Origin: Cyanophora paradoxa CCMP329
Lineage: Eukaryota > Plantae > Glaucophyta
Assembly: GCA_004431415.1 (NCBI GenBank)
Contig: QPMI01000597.1
Coordinates: 34,131 to 98,130 of the forward strand
DNA length: 64,000 bases
Reading direction: 5' to 3'
Notes under the pieces: generated by a model
The model's input: the letters and a program-made list of their open reading frames with translations, nothing else
Databases searched by the model: none
What the model was told of the DNA's origin: nothing
Program-made: the position numbers and the translations under genes
Shown here: positions 33,990 to 46,935 of the stretch, one piece after another
How the letters are laid out: each line of letters begins with the position of its first letter
Numbering within the stretch: the stretch's first letter is position 1

Positions 33990-35273
33990 TAGGGCTGGGC
34001 CGGTGGCGGCCGGTGGCAGTGGCAACCTCCCACCGACCGACCGGGTGGAAAATCTGGCCCACCGCCATACAACGCCCGGTACCATACAAATTAAAATTCT
34101 AGGGGGGTAGGCTCGCAAAAATGTCATATTCTCGCGCGCGAAAGTTTCATATTCCGTACTCACCCAGCAAAGTGCTGCTTAGTTCATCTTCCTCCGCTCC
34201 TGCCTTGCAATCGTGAATGACGTCGGAGCCCAAGGAAGCTGACGTCGACGCCATCGATATCGATATCCCGTACCCCGCCTGAGCACCAACCACCCCGGCC
34301 TCCCCCACAACTGGCTTGAACCCGCCCCAATTGCAAAGCACTCGCTTTATAATAATTTAGATAGTAGGCGCGTAGCGCCTTGAAGCTGTGCCCTCCGGCC
34401 TTTGTTCTTGATACCGGACCGCCGCCTTTGCCTTCGTCTTCTGCTTCGCTGGTCGTATCCCGCCGGCGCCGGCGTACTTCGTCTTATAGTTTAGTTCGGT
34501 CTAGTTCGGATTCTGATCGTAGTGTTGATGCTAGAGTTAGTTTCAATACTAGCTATAGTCCTCGTGCTCGACCTGTTGTTCGCCGTCGTTTGCAAATTGC
34601 AGTTCGACTGCCCGCCTCGACCCCGGCCGGCTTTAGTGATTCCTTTGACTGTCCTTTTGCCTGCTCTTGATCCGCCTGCTCCGCCTCCTGTGTCCTCCTC
34701 GACCTCGTGCCGTAGCTCTGCCCTTTCGCGTCGTCCTGCTTCGCCTCCGCCTCCGGATCCGCGTCGTCTTGTTGTTCCTCTAGATCTTACTTGTCTGCTT
34801 CCTGTTATTTATCTTTCTCAAATTTGTCCTCCGCTTCTTAGTGATGTAATTCCTTCCGATATTGATGGTATCTCTAGCTCTGGCTCTTCTTCGTGTCAGT
34901 CATCCTCTGTCCCTAGCTAGATCTGCTCGATTTCTCGTCTCTTCTCGATCTGTCTCGAGCTCCGTGTCTTTTCTTTTTTATTGTCGATTTTGGCTCTTTG
35001 TCTTATCTTTCTTCGTGCTCTAGATCTTGTCTTAGTTATTTTGCTTTTTTGTCTTTATGCCCCCTGGGCAGCCCCCGCAGTGCTGGTGTCTAGAGACTGT
35101 GGCCGGTAATTTACCAAAAACAAAATGTGCAGAATTTAGCGTATTTCCTGTCAATTTTCACGCACTGTAGCACGTACCCCCACCTCCACCGACCGCCACC
35201 GGTGGGTAACAGTCAGCGGGCCCACCGACCCGGTGGGGGAAAACTCGGACTGTGCCCAGCCGGGCCAGCCCTA
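33990..35273. mobile_element. non-autonomous hAT-type DNA transposon (1284 bp)
   Basis: TIRs TAGGGCTGGGCCGG / CCGGGCCAGCCCTA (13/14 match). Exact 8-bp TSD GCCCGCAC at 33982-33989 and 35274-35281. Subterminal CCACCG/CGGTGG repeats at both ends. No transposase ORF. Confidence 0.92.
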
Positions 35274-35782
35274 GCCCGCACCCTGCGCGGCGCCGATCGG
35301 CCCCAGCGCAGCTTGCGCAGGGCTCCGAGCCTCCGAGGCTCGCGCGTGTGCGTGTGTGCGCGCGCAACGCGCTATCATTAGTATAGCAATCAACCGCACC
35401 CTACAGCTAGACCGGCGCTTGCAGCTGTGCACAGTTGATCTACAGCGCGCCTGTGTGCGGACTCGCCGAGTCGGGAGGGGATGCGCACCCTGCTACGAGC
35501 GTTGTGACTCTAGTGAGGTCATCAGCTGCAGAAGCTCGCTTGCTTATCAACTTGTGGAGAAGGGCTCGCCCGAAAGCCTGGCCTAGAGCCTGCAGACAGC
35601 TGCAGCCTGGCAGTCGCGTGTCAATCTCAGGCTGGCATGGTTTAGCTCAGGACTGCTTTTTGGTAGTTCGAAATCCTGGCTAGTCGCGCCTTCAACAGGA
35701 GGGGCGAACAGCAGCGTATACGTTCGGAGGTTCGCTGTCAGGGTGCCAGTTGCAGCGAGCCGGCAGCGACAAACCCGAAGTG

Positions 35783-38700
35783 ATGTCTTTCCTCAACTTC
35801 GAATTCTTTGGGGCGCTGAGCTCCAGACCTCAGGCGGCCGCGCCTCCGCCGCCGCCGACTCTGGGGACTGGAGCCGACGGCGAGGAGCTCCTCAGGGAGC
35901 TCGTCGAAGACATGCACGGAGGTGCTTCCGCGCGCGCGGTCGACCGCAGTCGAGCCACCTCGCTGACCGCGCGCATCACACCGCAGGGCTCCTGACGTTC
36001 GTGCGCGACCCGGATTACGACAGGAGGCATGACGCTTTCCTCGACGCGTGCGAGCAGCTCTGCCACCGCGTCGTGAGTTCGAATCGATTCCCGCCCCTCG
36101 GCCGGCGCCGCTGAGGCGTGGGCGGCGGGCGGCGCGGGAGCAGGAGCAGCTGGTGGACTCGAGCGTGAGCGCGTGGGAGGCGCTGCCGAGCGGGCAGTGC
36201 GGGACGGAGCTGCTCTCGTGGTGGCGGTGGCTGGACCCGCAGCTGGAGGCGCGGCGGGACGCGTACTACCGCTACGAGCTCGCCTTCCCGGGCGTCCCCG
36301 TCGAGTTCGTGCGCTCCGCCCTCTACAAGACCAACCGCGCCACCGAGTACATCCCCGTGCGCCCGCCCCCGCCGTCCCCCGCCCCCCGCCCGCCTCCGTG
36401 ACCGCTACCCGGTACGCTCCCAGGGCCTCTCGAGCTGCCGCCTCATCGAGCGTGCGCGCGCGGCGGCGCCTGTCCCGGCGCGAGGGCCGAGACGGGGCGC
36501 GCAGTGATCGAGGACCCTTCCCGCTTCCGGCGCCTCACCGTTATGCGCCACAAGCTGCAGTTCTTCAGTGCGCGCGGCTTGCGCCTGCCCGCCCCGCGGT
36601 GCCCGCCGCGTGACGCCCCGCGCGCGGCAGTGACAAAGATGGACTGCCCCGTCGTCCACATTACGAGTGCGCCGGGGGTCCGGCGGGCGCGTGGGGCGGG
36701 GGCGGGGGCTGAGGGGCGGGGGGCAGAGGACCTGGCGGGGGGGCGGTACCTGGCGGTGATGGCGGCGTGCACGGCGGCGCGGGGCGGCACGACGTGGGCC
36801 TTCGAGCCGCCCTACATGTACATGCCCCTCTCCGTCTCCGTCATCGCCCCCTCCCCGGCGGGGCCCGCCTCCACCACCCTCATCGGCATCGTCCTCCACG
36901 TCCGCCCCGCGCCCCGCGCCCCAGCGCCCCGCCCGCCCCGCCCCTCACCCCCGCCCCAGGACGAGGGCGTCGGCCGCCGCCTCGTCCCCGCTGCCCGTGC
37001 GCCCCCCGCTCTCCGCCCGCCCCGCCCCGCCGGCGTCGCGGCGGGGCCGACGGCGCCCGGACCGCGCAGTGGTGCGGCGGAGCCTGATGCGGCTCCTCTC
37101 GGGTCGGCGCTCAAGATCTGGGAGTGCGTGGCGGGGGCGCGGGGGCGCTGGGGGGTGGCTCTGGGCTGAGGGCGGGGGCGCGGGGGGCAGCCTGGTGCTC
37201 GGCGACTTCCAGCGCTCCAGGGACCTCGCCGCCCCGGCGCCCCGGCCCCTTCGCCCGCCCCCGCGCCCCGCCCCGCACCCCGCCCGCCACGTCCGCCCCG
37301 CCCCGCGCCCCGGCGCCCCGCGGGGGGGCGACGGAGGGCGCAGAAGGACTCGCTGCTCGCCGGCATCTGGGCGACCTTCCAGAGCGCCGCCAGGGTCAGC
37401 GCCCCACCCAGCCCCCCCCCCCCCCCCCCCGCTCCCCTCGCTCCGCCCCCCGACGCCCCGCAGAGCTCCTGGGAGTGGTGGCAGGGGAAGGAGGCGGGGG
37501 TGGGGCGGCCGCGCGCCCCGCCGGAGGAGGCGGACGAGGCCGACTCGATCGTGTACCGGCCCTCCGACCTGCTCCCCGCCGGGCCCTGCGTGCGCCCCGC
37601 CCCGCCCCGCCCGCCCCGCCCCGCCCCGCCCGCCCGCCCCGCCCCGCCCCGCCCCGCCCCGCCCGGCGACGCGTGCGCAGCAAACAATCGTGCGGGGGCT
37701 CTCCGGGGCGGGGGCGGCGGGGGCGCGGGCGCTGGCGCGGGCGGGGCGGTGCCGCAGGGGCGGGACGCGGACGTGGACGAGCAGTTCCGCGAGCTCGCGC
37801 TGCCCCTCGCCCGCGTCCCCGGCGTCGGGGGCACCCTCGCCGTCGTCGCCGCCCCTCCCACCGCGACCTCGCCCGCTTCGGGTGCGCCCGCCCCGCGCAG
37901 CCGCACCCCCCCCCCCCCCCCCCCCCGGCGCGCCGCCCCGCCGCCCCGGGCCCCCGCCGAGGGGCGGGCAGGGGGCAGCAGAGGCTGGTGGTGGCGCGGC
38001 GGGCGGCGGGCCCGGCGGGGAGCCTCGACGACGCCCTCGCGCGCCTCCTCGACGACATGGACCGTGCGCCCGCGCCGGCCCCGGCGCGCGCCCGGGCAGC
38101 GGCGCCCTCCCTGCCTTCTTACGGCGGGGCGCAGCGGTCCAGGACGTGGTCCTCGACCTCCTCACGCGCCGCATCGAGGCGATGGCCCTCCGCTCCGCCC
38201 TCCCCGCCCACGAGGCCCCCCGCCCCCTCCCCGGCGCCCCCACGGAGGCCGCCTCGCCGCCCCTGCCCGGCTCCTCCCGCGCCAGCGGCGACGAGGCGGC
38301 CACCGAGGGCGAGGGGGAGGGCCATGGCCCGCCGGCCCCAGCGCCAAGCGCGGCGGCCCCTCGGGCGCCCGCGCGCCACCAAGCGGGTGCGCTGGCGGGG
38401 CTGCGCGGGCGGGGGGCGGGGCCGGGGCTGAGGGGGCGGGGCGGGGCCAGGGGCGTGCGCGTCGGGGCGGGCCGACCCTCGGTGAGGTGGAGGGCGGGGC
38501 GGCGTACGAGTTCCTCGACCCGCGCGCCGCCGCCTCCCTCGCCGCCGGCACCGGCCAGCCCCTCCCGGGCGTCCAGTCCGGCACCGGCAAGGTCCGCACC
38601 CCCGCCCTGGCCCCGCCCCACCCGCCCCACCCGCGCCTCGCCGCCTCACGCGGGGCCGTTGCGCAGCTCGTGCCACCCCCGAACGCGTGGGCGCGCCCGG

Positions 38701-39941
38701 CGCTCGCCGCTCCTCGCGTGGCGCACGGGGTCTGACGGGGCGCGGCGCGCCGCAGATCCTCTTCTACCGCTCGAAGCGGCAGGAGATGGTGCAGGCGCGG
38801 CTGGAGGCGGCGCAGCGGGGCGAGGCGTCGCGGCCGGCGGAGGGGAAGACGCGGCACGGGGAGATGCTGGAGTCGATCCGGGCGGCGTGGCGGACGGCGT
38901 CGGAGGCGGAGCGGGCGCCCTTCGAGAAGATGGCGCGCGCCGCCCAGGAGGCCTTCAAGGCCGCCTTCCCCAACTACAAGGCCCGCCCCGCCCCGCCCCG
39001 CCCCGCCCCGCCCCGCCCCGCCCCGCGCCCCTCTGAGCGAGCGGGGCGCGCGGGGGCAGTTCAAGCGGATGTCGAAGCGGCAGAAGGAGGAGGCGGCGGC
39101 GCGGGAGGAGCAGGAGGCGGCGGCGCTCGCCCTGGGGCGCCCCCCGGGGGCCCTCCGCGTCCTCTCCGCCCCCGAGCTCCTCGCCGCCGCCGGCCCCGAC
39201 GGCCCCTTCTTCCCCTTCCTCCCCGCCTCCCTCCCGCCCCCGCCCCTCGTGCTCGCCCCGGGGGCCCCCCGCGAGGAGCCGCCCGAGCAGCGCAAGCGCG
39301 CCCGCACCGACGCCCTCCGGCGCGCCGCCTCGCCCCAGGCGCCGCACTCGTGGCCGGCCCTCCCCGGCCCCGGCGGAGGCGGCGCCGGGGCCCGCCCCTC
39401 GCCTCGCCCCAGCCCAGCACCTCCTCCTCCTCCGCAGCCTCCCCGCACCGCTCCGGCGCGCCCCGCACCGCTCCCGCCTCCCCCTTCCCTTCTCCCCGCA
39501 CGCCGCGCCCCGGGCGCTGCGGGGGGCCCCGGAGCCCCCGCGTCGCCGGCCTCGCCGCCGACGTCGGCGCCGGGGTCGCCGGGGGCGAGCGCCGCGCCGG
39601 GGGCGGCTTCTGGGACCTCGGCCTCGCGGGCCCCGCCCCGCTCGTCGGCCCCGCCTTCCTCCCCCCGCTCGCCCACTCCTACGGCCCCTTCGCGCAGCCG
39701 CCCGGCGGGGCCCCGGGGCCCTCTACCCGGCGCCCCCGTCCCCTTCCTCTTCAGCGCCGCCCTCGGCCCCGCCGCGCCGGCCCCCCCGCACCCCTACGCT
39801 GCAGCCGCCCGCCCGGCGGCGGCGACGGGGGCGTTCGGGGCGGGGCGGGGGCCGGGGGCGGCGGGGAGCGCGCCCCCCGTGCCGCCCTCGCTGGACGCCT
39901 GGGCGCCCCCCGAGAGCGCCCACGACCCCTTCGCAATGTGA
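35783..39941 (+). CDS. HMG-box (MATA/SOX-like) protein with an N-terminal START/SRPBCC-like domain
   Basis: HMG box: GK|LVPPPNAW|ILFYRSKR...IRAAWRTASEAERAPFEKMARAAQEAFKAAFPNYK|FKR (38667-39075). START-like pattern at ~36260-37100. No intergenic-type DNA lies between the two. Confidence 0.72.
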
Positions 39942-40447
39942 CAGCCGGCGCCGCGCCGCGCCGCCCCCCTCGAGGCGAGAGGCCTGCTGCAGCTCCCCGC
40001 CGTGTGTACTTCGATAGGCCCTCAAGCAGGCTCCGACCGCCATGCAAGCTCGCGCCCGCGCCTTCTTTCGAATGCCCTCCCAATTCCGGTTCGCAACGTC
40101 CGACGGTCGCTCTTCAGAAAGGCTTCGACCATGGGGACTTTCATGACCGCCGGCCCCGACGTCTCGACGTCGCTTCCTTCAGCTGTTGTAACGTAGTGCC
40201 ACAGCCCCGGCGCAGTCCGCCGACGCCGCGACGGTCGTAGGCTATAGCAAGTTTACTAGATTCGTCTTAGGCATGGCCATAGACCCGGGACGTCGAGCGT
40301 AAAAGCAGTTTCATTTCAGGTTCAGTTTGCTTTCAAATTTTCCTCAATTCAGTCTTGCATAGTGCGTACTAGTATGAGATCGTATGTTTTCTGCACTCAA
40401 TCGCGCTGCAGCAATCAGCTGCAGGTTTCATTGTCGATCAACGACGA

Positions 40448-42443
40448 TCAGTCGTGGAGGAGGGCAGAGACGGAGGGCTGCGGGGCGCGGGGCCCCTTGC
40501 CGCCGCTGGCAGCGGCAGCGACGGCGGCGGTTGGGTCGAAGATGCGGCGCCCGACCCCCGAGTTGAGGGGGATCTCTAGCAGCGCGTCGCGGCTCGAGCG
40601 CAGCGGCGCCTGCGGGCGGCTCCGCGGCGCCGAGGCGGGGCGGCCGCCCGCCGCCGGCGCCTCCTCGGCCGTTGCGGAGGCGGGGCGGCCCCGGGGGCTT
40701 GGCCCCGGGCGCCCGGAGGGGGCGGCGGCGCAGGAGGCGCGGAGGGCGGCCTTGGCGCGGCCGGCGGAGCGGCGGGCGCGGCTGCGGGCGGCGAGGAGCG
40801 AGGCGAGCAGCTCCTGGCTCGTCTTGGGCCCGGGGCCCGCCGAGTCCCGCCCCGCCCCGAGGCCGAGCCCGAGGCGGAGGCTGAGCCCGGGGCCGGGGCG
40901 GCGCGGCGGCGCTCGACGCGGCTCGGGCCCTCGCCGCACGTCTCCGGCGCCGGGGCCTCCCCCCGGGGGCGCCCCCGGGCCGCCTCGCCCTCGCCCTCGC
41001 CCCCGCGGCGGCCGTCGGAGGGGCGGGAGGCGAGGGCGTCGAGGGCGGCGAAGGCGTCGGAGGGGCGCGGGGCGGGGCGGCGGGGTGCTCGGGGGAGGCG
41101 AGCTGGAGGGCGGCGGCGAGCTCGCGGTCGGCCGCCACGTAGCATCGGATGAGCGACTGGATCATCCGCTGCCGCCCCGCCTCAGCGCGAGGCCCCGGGC
41201 CCGGCCCGGGGGACGGGGCGGGGGGGGACCTTAAGCTCGGCCTGGCGCTTGACGGGGAGGTTCCGCGCCGTCCCCGAGATCGAGATCAGCGGCGACGCCG
41301 GCAGCTGCCGCGCCCCGCCCCCGCCGGCCACCTCCTCCGGCGAGCCGTGCCCCGCCCCGTCGCTCGGGCGCCGCTGGGCGGGGGCGGGGCGGCGGGGAGC
41401 TTGCCCTCGCCCTGGAGCTGCCCGCGCAGCTCCTCGAAGCGGCGCTCCGCCTCCGCGAGCTCCGCCGCCACCCGCTCCGCCCACTCCGCCCGCCCCACGA
41501 TCCGCGCCGCCCCGCCGCCGACGAAGAGGCACCGCCTTGCGCCCGCGGCGTCACTGCCGTTGCCGCCGCCGGTTCCGGGGAGCCCACGGGCCGAGGGGGC
41601 GGCGGGATGGCGGCGGGACGCGAGGGCGTCGGCGGGGCGCCGCTGCCGGCACCGGCGTGCTCGGCTCAACGGGAGGGAGCTTGTGCGCAGGGACGGGGTG
41701 GGGGGAGGCGGGAGCGGTCGCCCCGCCCGCGCGGGAGACGGCGCGGGGAGCGGCGCCGGCGCCGGTTGCGGTGCAGCGTCGGGTGGCGGCGCGGGGCCGG
41801 CAAGGGGAGGGGGCGGGGGAGGGTCGGGGCCGGGGCCGGGGGAAGGCGGGGCGGGGGCGTCGGGGGCGGTGTGGAGGGAGTCGAGGCGGAAGGAGACGGA
41901 GAGGCGCTTCTTGGGCTTGCGCGCCGAGGCCGGCCCCGAGGCCCCCGAGGCACTGCTCGAGACCGACCGCGCGCTCCCCACCGACCGCTGCGACGCCGAC
42001 GCCTCCTCCCCCGCCACCGCATCCCCGCCCCCGCCCTCCGCCGCTGCCGAGCGCGCGCTCGTGTGCTCGGTCGTCGGGTCGGTGTCCTCCTCCACCGCCG
42101 AGCGCGCCGTCCTCGTCGCTGAAGGCGTCGCCAGCGCAAGCAGCGCCACGTTCCCCGTGAAGCTCAGCCGCTTCTGCACGCCAGGTCCCGGCGAGAAGAG
42201 CGACGCCGAGTCGCCCGGCCTGCCGCACGGCGCGGCTGAGCGACCCCTCGCGCAGGGAAGGAGGCAGCCGCACCTCAGCGCGCTCCCCGGTGTCTTGGGC
42301 TTGAATCCCGTGAAGACAACGCTCGGGCTCGCGCACTGCCTGCTCGCCGCGACGTGCGCGGGCGTCTTCACCGCCCCCGCAACCGTCTTCTTCGATTTCT
42401 TCCCGCGGCCCAGGAGCCGGAGAAGCTTCGACTTCAACCCCAT
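40448..42443 (-). CDS. hypothetical low-complexity protein
   Basis: MGLKSKLLRLLGRGKKSKK start, spliceable exons, a coiled segment AEWAERVAAELAEAERRFEELRGQL, and DPMIQSLIRCYVAADREL. No domain recognised. Confidence 0.55.
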
Positions 42444-42758
42444 CTCGGGGCGTGTCGCTGGAGCTGTGCGAGCGCTGCTAGGGATGCTGAGGGCTCTGGG
42501 GGAACGTAGCCGTTGGCACCGGAAGTTACCAGGTACCCCTTGATTCGGCGAAGTTGTTTTCATGCGTCGCGACGCGTGAGTCACGCAAGCGTCGCCTGCT
42601 TCTTCCGCTTCAATTCGCCAGCGTCGCCGCAGGCGTGCGTCATCCGCCAATTCTCTCGTAGTACCAGTGGCCTGGCCTAGTAGGCTAGTAGTTATACTAG
42701 TAGTAGCGCCGATCAGTCGACGTCGCGGCGCCAGCGAGATCACGAAACCGTCAACGTC

Positions 42759-44131
42759 ATGGCCGCCGAGCTACTCCTCGGGGCTCTCATCGGCCGCTTC
42801 GCCAGTAAAGGTGCTCGCCGCGTCATTCGCGCCCGGCAGCGCCGCGGCCGCGCTTCCCGGCGGCGCTGACGCGCGCGCGCGGCGGCCTCCGCAGTTTTCG
42901 AGAACGCGGTCCTCCCGCTGCTTGCCCGCGACCAGCCGCAACGGCCGCTGCGGCGCGCGATCGGAATGCTTCGGCAGGACGGCGCGTTCATCCTCGCCGG
43001 TGAGCCACGCCCGCCCGCATGCGCACGCGCACGGCCCGGCCCGCTCGTACGGCCCGCTCGCGCGGCTGCGCGCGCCCGGCCCCGGCCGGAACCAGGGCGT
43101 TGCTCGAGAATCCTCGTGGAGAACGCTCGGGCTCGCGCTGAGGCTTGGGGCGCAGGGGCGGCGGACGCGATCCTGAAGGAGGCGGACCCGTCGGGCTCCT
43201 CGGCGCGCCTCTTCGAGCTGGCGTGCCCCGAGGGCGGCCTCTACCTGCCCAGGGCCGGCCGCCACGTCGTTGCCCTGCGCTCGCTCGTCACGGGGGAGCT
43301 TCTCGCCGCGCGCCCCTGCGGCGCCGCCCTCGAGCTCGTCCCCGCCGTCGGGGAGGGCACCGTCTGGGTCTTCGAGGAGGGCACCCTCCGCTCCGCCTCG
43401 GGGCCCCAGATCGCCCTCGACTTCGTCCCCGTGCGCTCCGCCCGCCCGCCCCGCCGCCACGCCCCGCTGACGGGCGGCAGGCGGCGGCGGTGTCGGAGGG
43501 GGAGCTGGACGCGCTGCGGCGCCAGGTGGAGAGGCTGCGGCGGGAGGCGGAGCACGAGTTCGAGGCGCGCATCCAGAGCGAGGGCAAGGCGCGCGCCGCC
43601 GCGGGCCGCCTGGAGGAGGCGCTGGCCGAGGCGGAGGCGCTCGACGCCGCGCTGGAGGCGGCGCAGGCGGCGCAGCGCGAGGCGCGCGAGGAGCTCGCCG
43701 CCCTCCGGTGCACCCGCGCCGCCCGCCCCCGCGCCCCCGGCCGGCCTCCGCTGACGCCGGCGCGCAGGCACCGGGTGGCGATGGCGGAGGCGAAGCGGCA
43801 CGGGAGCTCGCGGAGCCTGCACGGGCGGGGGCCCCTCTCGCAGCACAGCTCCTCCTTCGCCGGCCTCTCCCAGCACAGCGCCTCCTCGGTGGGCGGCCTC
43901 GCCGCCGCCGCCGCCGAGGGTGACGGGGGCATCACGTCGGCCCTCTTCGACGCCAAGCGGGCCCTCGGCTACCGCATCTTCTCCGCCTCGGCCACCGGCT
44001 CGCCGGCCACGTCGGGCCGCGCCACCCCCGAGCCCATGCCCCTCGTCCCCCCGGCCTCCCCGCCGCCCCTCGGCCTCTCCCCGCGCCTCGCGCCCCTCGC
44101 CGAGACCCGCTTCCCCCTCGCCGCCAAGTGA
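42759..44131 (+). CDS. hypothetical protein with a possible fascin/beta-trefoil-like segment and a coiled coil
   Basis: MAAELLLGALIGRFASK|VFENAVLP; VALRSLVTGELLAARP...VWVFE; coiled coil ELDALRRQVERLRREAE. Confidence 0.6.
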
Positions 44132-44502
44132 GCGCCGCGGGCGTCACTGCGAACCAGATGAGTAGCCGCAGCTTTACGCAGGCCCCTTGCTTCCTCCTCC
44201 CTTCGCTTTCCCGTTTAAGCCCCGAAGGTCCTTCTGCTGCCAATAGTGTGCGCTCCTGCGCGATCATCGGATCGAGCCAGGTTTTCCGCAGCAGCAGTTC
44301 CTTTTCAGTGCATTCAGCGATTCTCTGTACAATACCAGTAGACCTTAGGCAGGCAGCCAGGCAGGCAGTTCCAATTTGCGTTCGGCGCAGTTTGACTCGC
44401 GTTTTGTTCTGCTTCGCAAACATGTGATGTACACATTCCGGTTGCGAGGGAAAAGCCAAGGAGGGAAGGGGGCGGGGAGGATGCGGAGGGGCAGCGCTAG
44501 CG

Positions 44503-46379
44503 CTAGAGGCAGCGGAGGGCCTCGGGCGGGGGCCGGGCGGGGTCGGCCGGCTCGCAGGAGGCGTCCCAGGGCCAGGCGAGGCCGAGGTCCCGCACGGCGA
44601 AGACGGAGGGCGGGCAGCAGCGCACGGAGACGTGCAGCAGCCGCAGCGCCTGCCACTGCTCCGTCCCGTTCCCGTGGAAGAGCCGCATCCCGGGGGGCGC
44701 GCCCCCGGGCCCCGCCCCCCAGCGCACGCGCACGGTCGGGAAGACGGAGAGCGGGGCCGCCCAGTCCTCGGCGAGGGCCCCCAGCTCGGTGCCGGGGTAC
44801 ACCTCCACGGTCACGTCGGCCCCGGGGGGCGGCTCGCCAGGCCCCGCGTGCACGAGGAGGTCCCCGTACCCGTCCAGCACGAAGCGGGGGTCGAGGAAGT
44901 GGTGCAGGCCGCACCGCTCCGGCAGCTCCCACGCCGCCGCGAACGGCACTGCCGGCCGGTGGCGCCCGTGAGCGGGCGGGCGGGGCCGGCGCGGGGAAGG
45001 GGGGGTGGGGCGGACGGTGGCGGCAGGGGAGGGTGGGGGCGACGAGGGCGCGGCCGGTGGCGCGGGCGAGGAGCAGGGCGTCCTTCAGCGCCGCGACCTC
45101 CTCCGCGAAGCTCGGGGATCCCTCCAGCGGCTCCACCGACAGCCGGCCCCGCCCCGCCAGCCCCTCCCGCCTGCCCGCGCCGCTTGAGGCCCCGAGCAGG
45201 GCGGGGCGGGGCGGGGCGGAGCGGGGCGCACGGGGGCAGGAACCAGAGGCCGGCGTGCTCGAGGATGAAGCGCTTGGCGTCGCGGTGGGCCCAGTTGGCG
45301 TGCACCGCGGCGGGGGCGACCCCGGCGCGCCCCGGCCCCCCCATCCAGAAGTGCTGCAGCCCGTTGGGGTACTCCAGGAGGGGCAGGACGCGGACGACGA
45401 GGGCCCCCGGCCCCGGCACGGAGCGGACGGGGTGGCCGGCGAGCTCGAGGCGGTGCGGGGCGGCCTCGAGCAGCCGGTTGAAGGCGTCCTGGTCGAGCTC
45501 CGAGCCGTTGCGGGCGCGCAGCACGGCCCGGGCGAAGGCGGCGGCGGCGCCGGCGGCGTCCTCGCGGGCGGCGAAGAAGCCGGTGTTGAGCTGGGCGCGG
45601 GGGACGGCGGCGGCGTCGAAGGCCTCGCTCATCATCTCGAGGTGCGCGCCGGGGCCGAAGTGGCCGCGGCGGCGCGGGTCCTCCAGCACCACCACGTCCG
45701 CGTCCACCACCGCCACCGCCCCCACGCGCTGCCCCCGCCCCTCAGCGCGGCACGAGAAGAGAGGCAGGGGGGCCCGGGGGGGCGGGCGCGCCTCGAGGAA
45801 GTCGGCGGCGTAGCGGAACTTCATGAAGAGGGCGTCGAGGTAGGAGAGCGGCCGCCCCGCCCAGCGCCCGTCCAGCACCACCGGCTGCCCCCGCCCCGCC
45901 AGCCACTCCGCCTGCCCCGCCTCCGTCGCCACCACCACGTACTCCCCGCCCAGGCCCGCCCTCCGCAGCCCCGCCGCCGCGTTCAGCAGCAGCTCCCGCC
46001 AGAAGTCCGCCACGTAGCTGTAGTCCGCCGTCGTCTGCAGCGGGAGGACGTAGAGCGGGCCGCCGCCCTCCCGCGCCCGCGCCTCCGCCGCCCGCGCCGC
46101 CTCCGTGAACACGTACTCCCCCTCGCCCGGCGGGCGCGTGAACTCCTCGACAGGCCACATCCCGGGGCCCGCCCCGAGGGCCCGCCCCGCGCACGCGAGG
46201 GCAGCCGCCAGGACAATGATGAAAGGGAGGGAGGGAAGGAAAAGGGGGCGGGCCCGTTCAGGGAAGGGTAGAGGACGGACTGGGGGAGGTGGATGGGATG
46301 GTGGATGGAGTGGGAAAGGGGACAGAAGCGTGGCAGGGGCGGCATCGTCGCCCGCGCATCGGAGGTACGGCCGCCGCAT
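44503..46379 (-). CDS. nucleotide-diphospho-sugar transferase (GT77 family) with C-terminal extension
   Basis: N-terminal TM anchor, VVDADVVVLEDP (DxD motif), LNTGFF, LDQDAFN, VLPLLEYPNG and AVHANW...K...GLW. Confidence 0.9.
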
Positions 46380-46935
46380 GAAGGCGCCCCGGCGATGCAC
46401 GCGGATGGCTCCGGGCGGCCTAATGCGACTGCGGCAAAGGCAGCGGGAGAGAAGGGCGGCTGCTTGCGGGCGGGTTGCCCGGAGCGGGGAGGTCGGCATC
46501 CGTATCCGGCGCGGGGTGGTTGTAGGGCACGTATCCGGCGTTGTTCGGCAGATCAGAGATGATGCACATGAGATCCAGCTTCGCGCGAGCCGGGTTCTGG
46601 CCTGTGCGGGCCGAGTACTGCGCGAGCAGACAATGCCTGCGCGGACGTGCGCTCGTTGACCGACGAGAGGCACGTGGAGGGCCCAGGCACCTCGTCAGCC
46701 CCCGCGCGGCGTCCTGCTTCCTGTCTTCGTCCTCGGTAATGGGGAAAGACATGGCCCGCAGGCGCCCGTGGTCTGGAGGTCGCAACAAGCGCGCTGGCAA
46801 GTCGCTCGGAGTCGCTCGGAGTCGCTCAAGCAAGGTGACCCTCGTCTGCCGTACCCGTCTGCGAGCCATCTCAGGCCCATCTGCTTCCACTCGCCGGAGT
46901 CTCGCGCACTCCCACCCCAGCCCAAACAACGCTGC

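Noticed and set aside
37585-37665. (CCCCG)n tracts as telomeric or functional satellite
   Set aside because: They are the C-rich 5' halves of ordinary introns found throughout the window.
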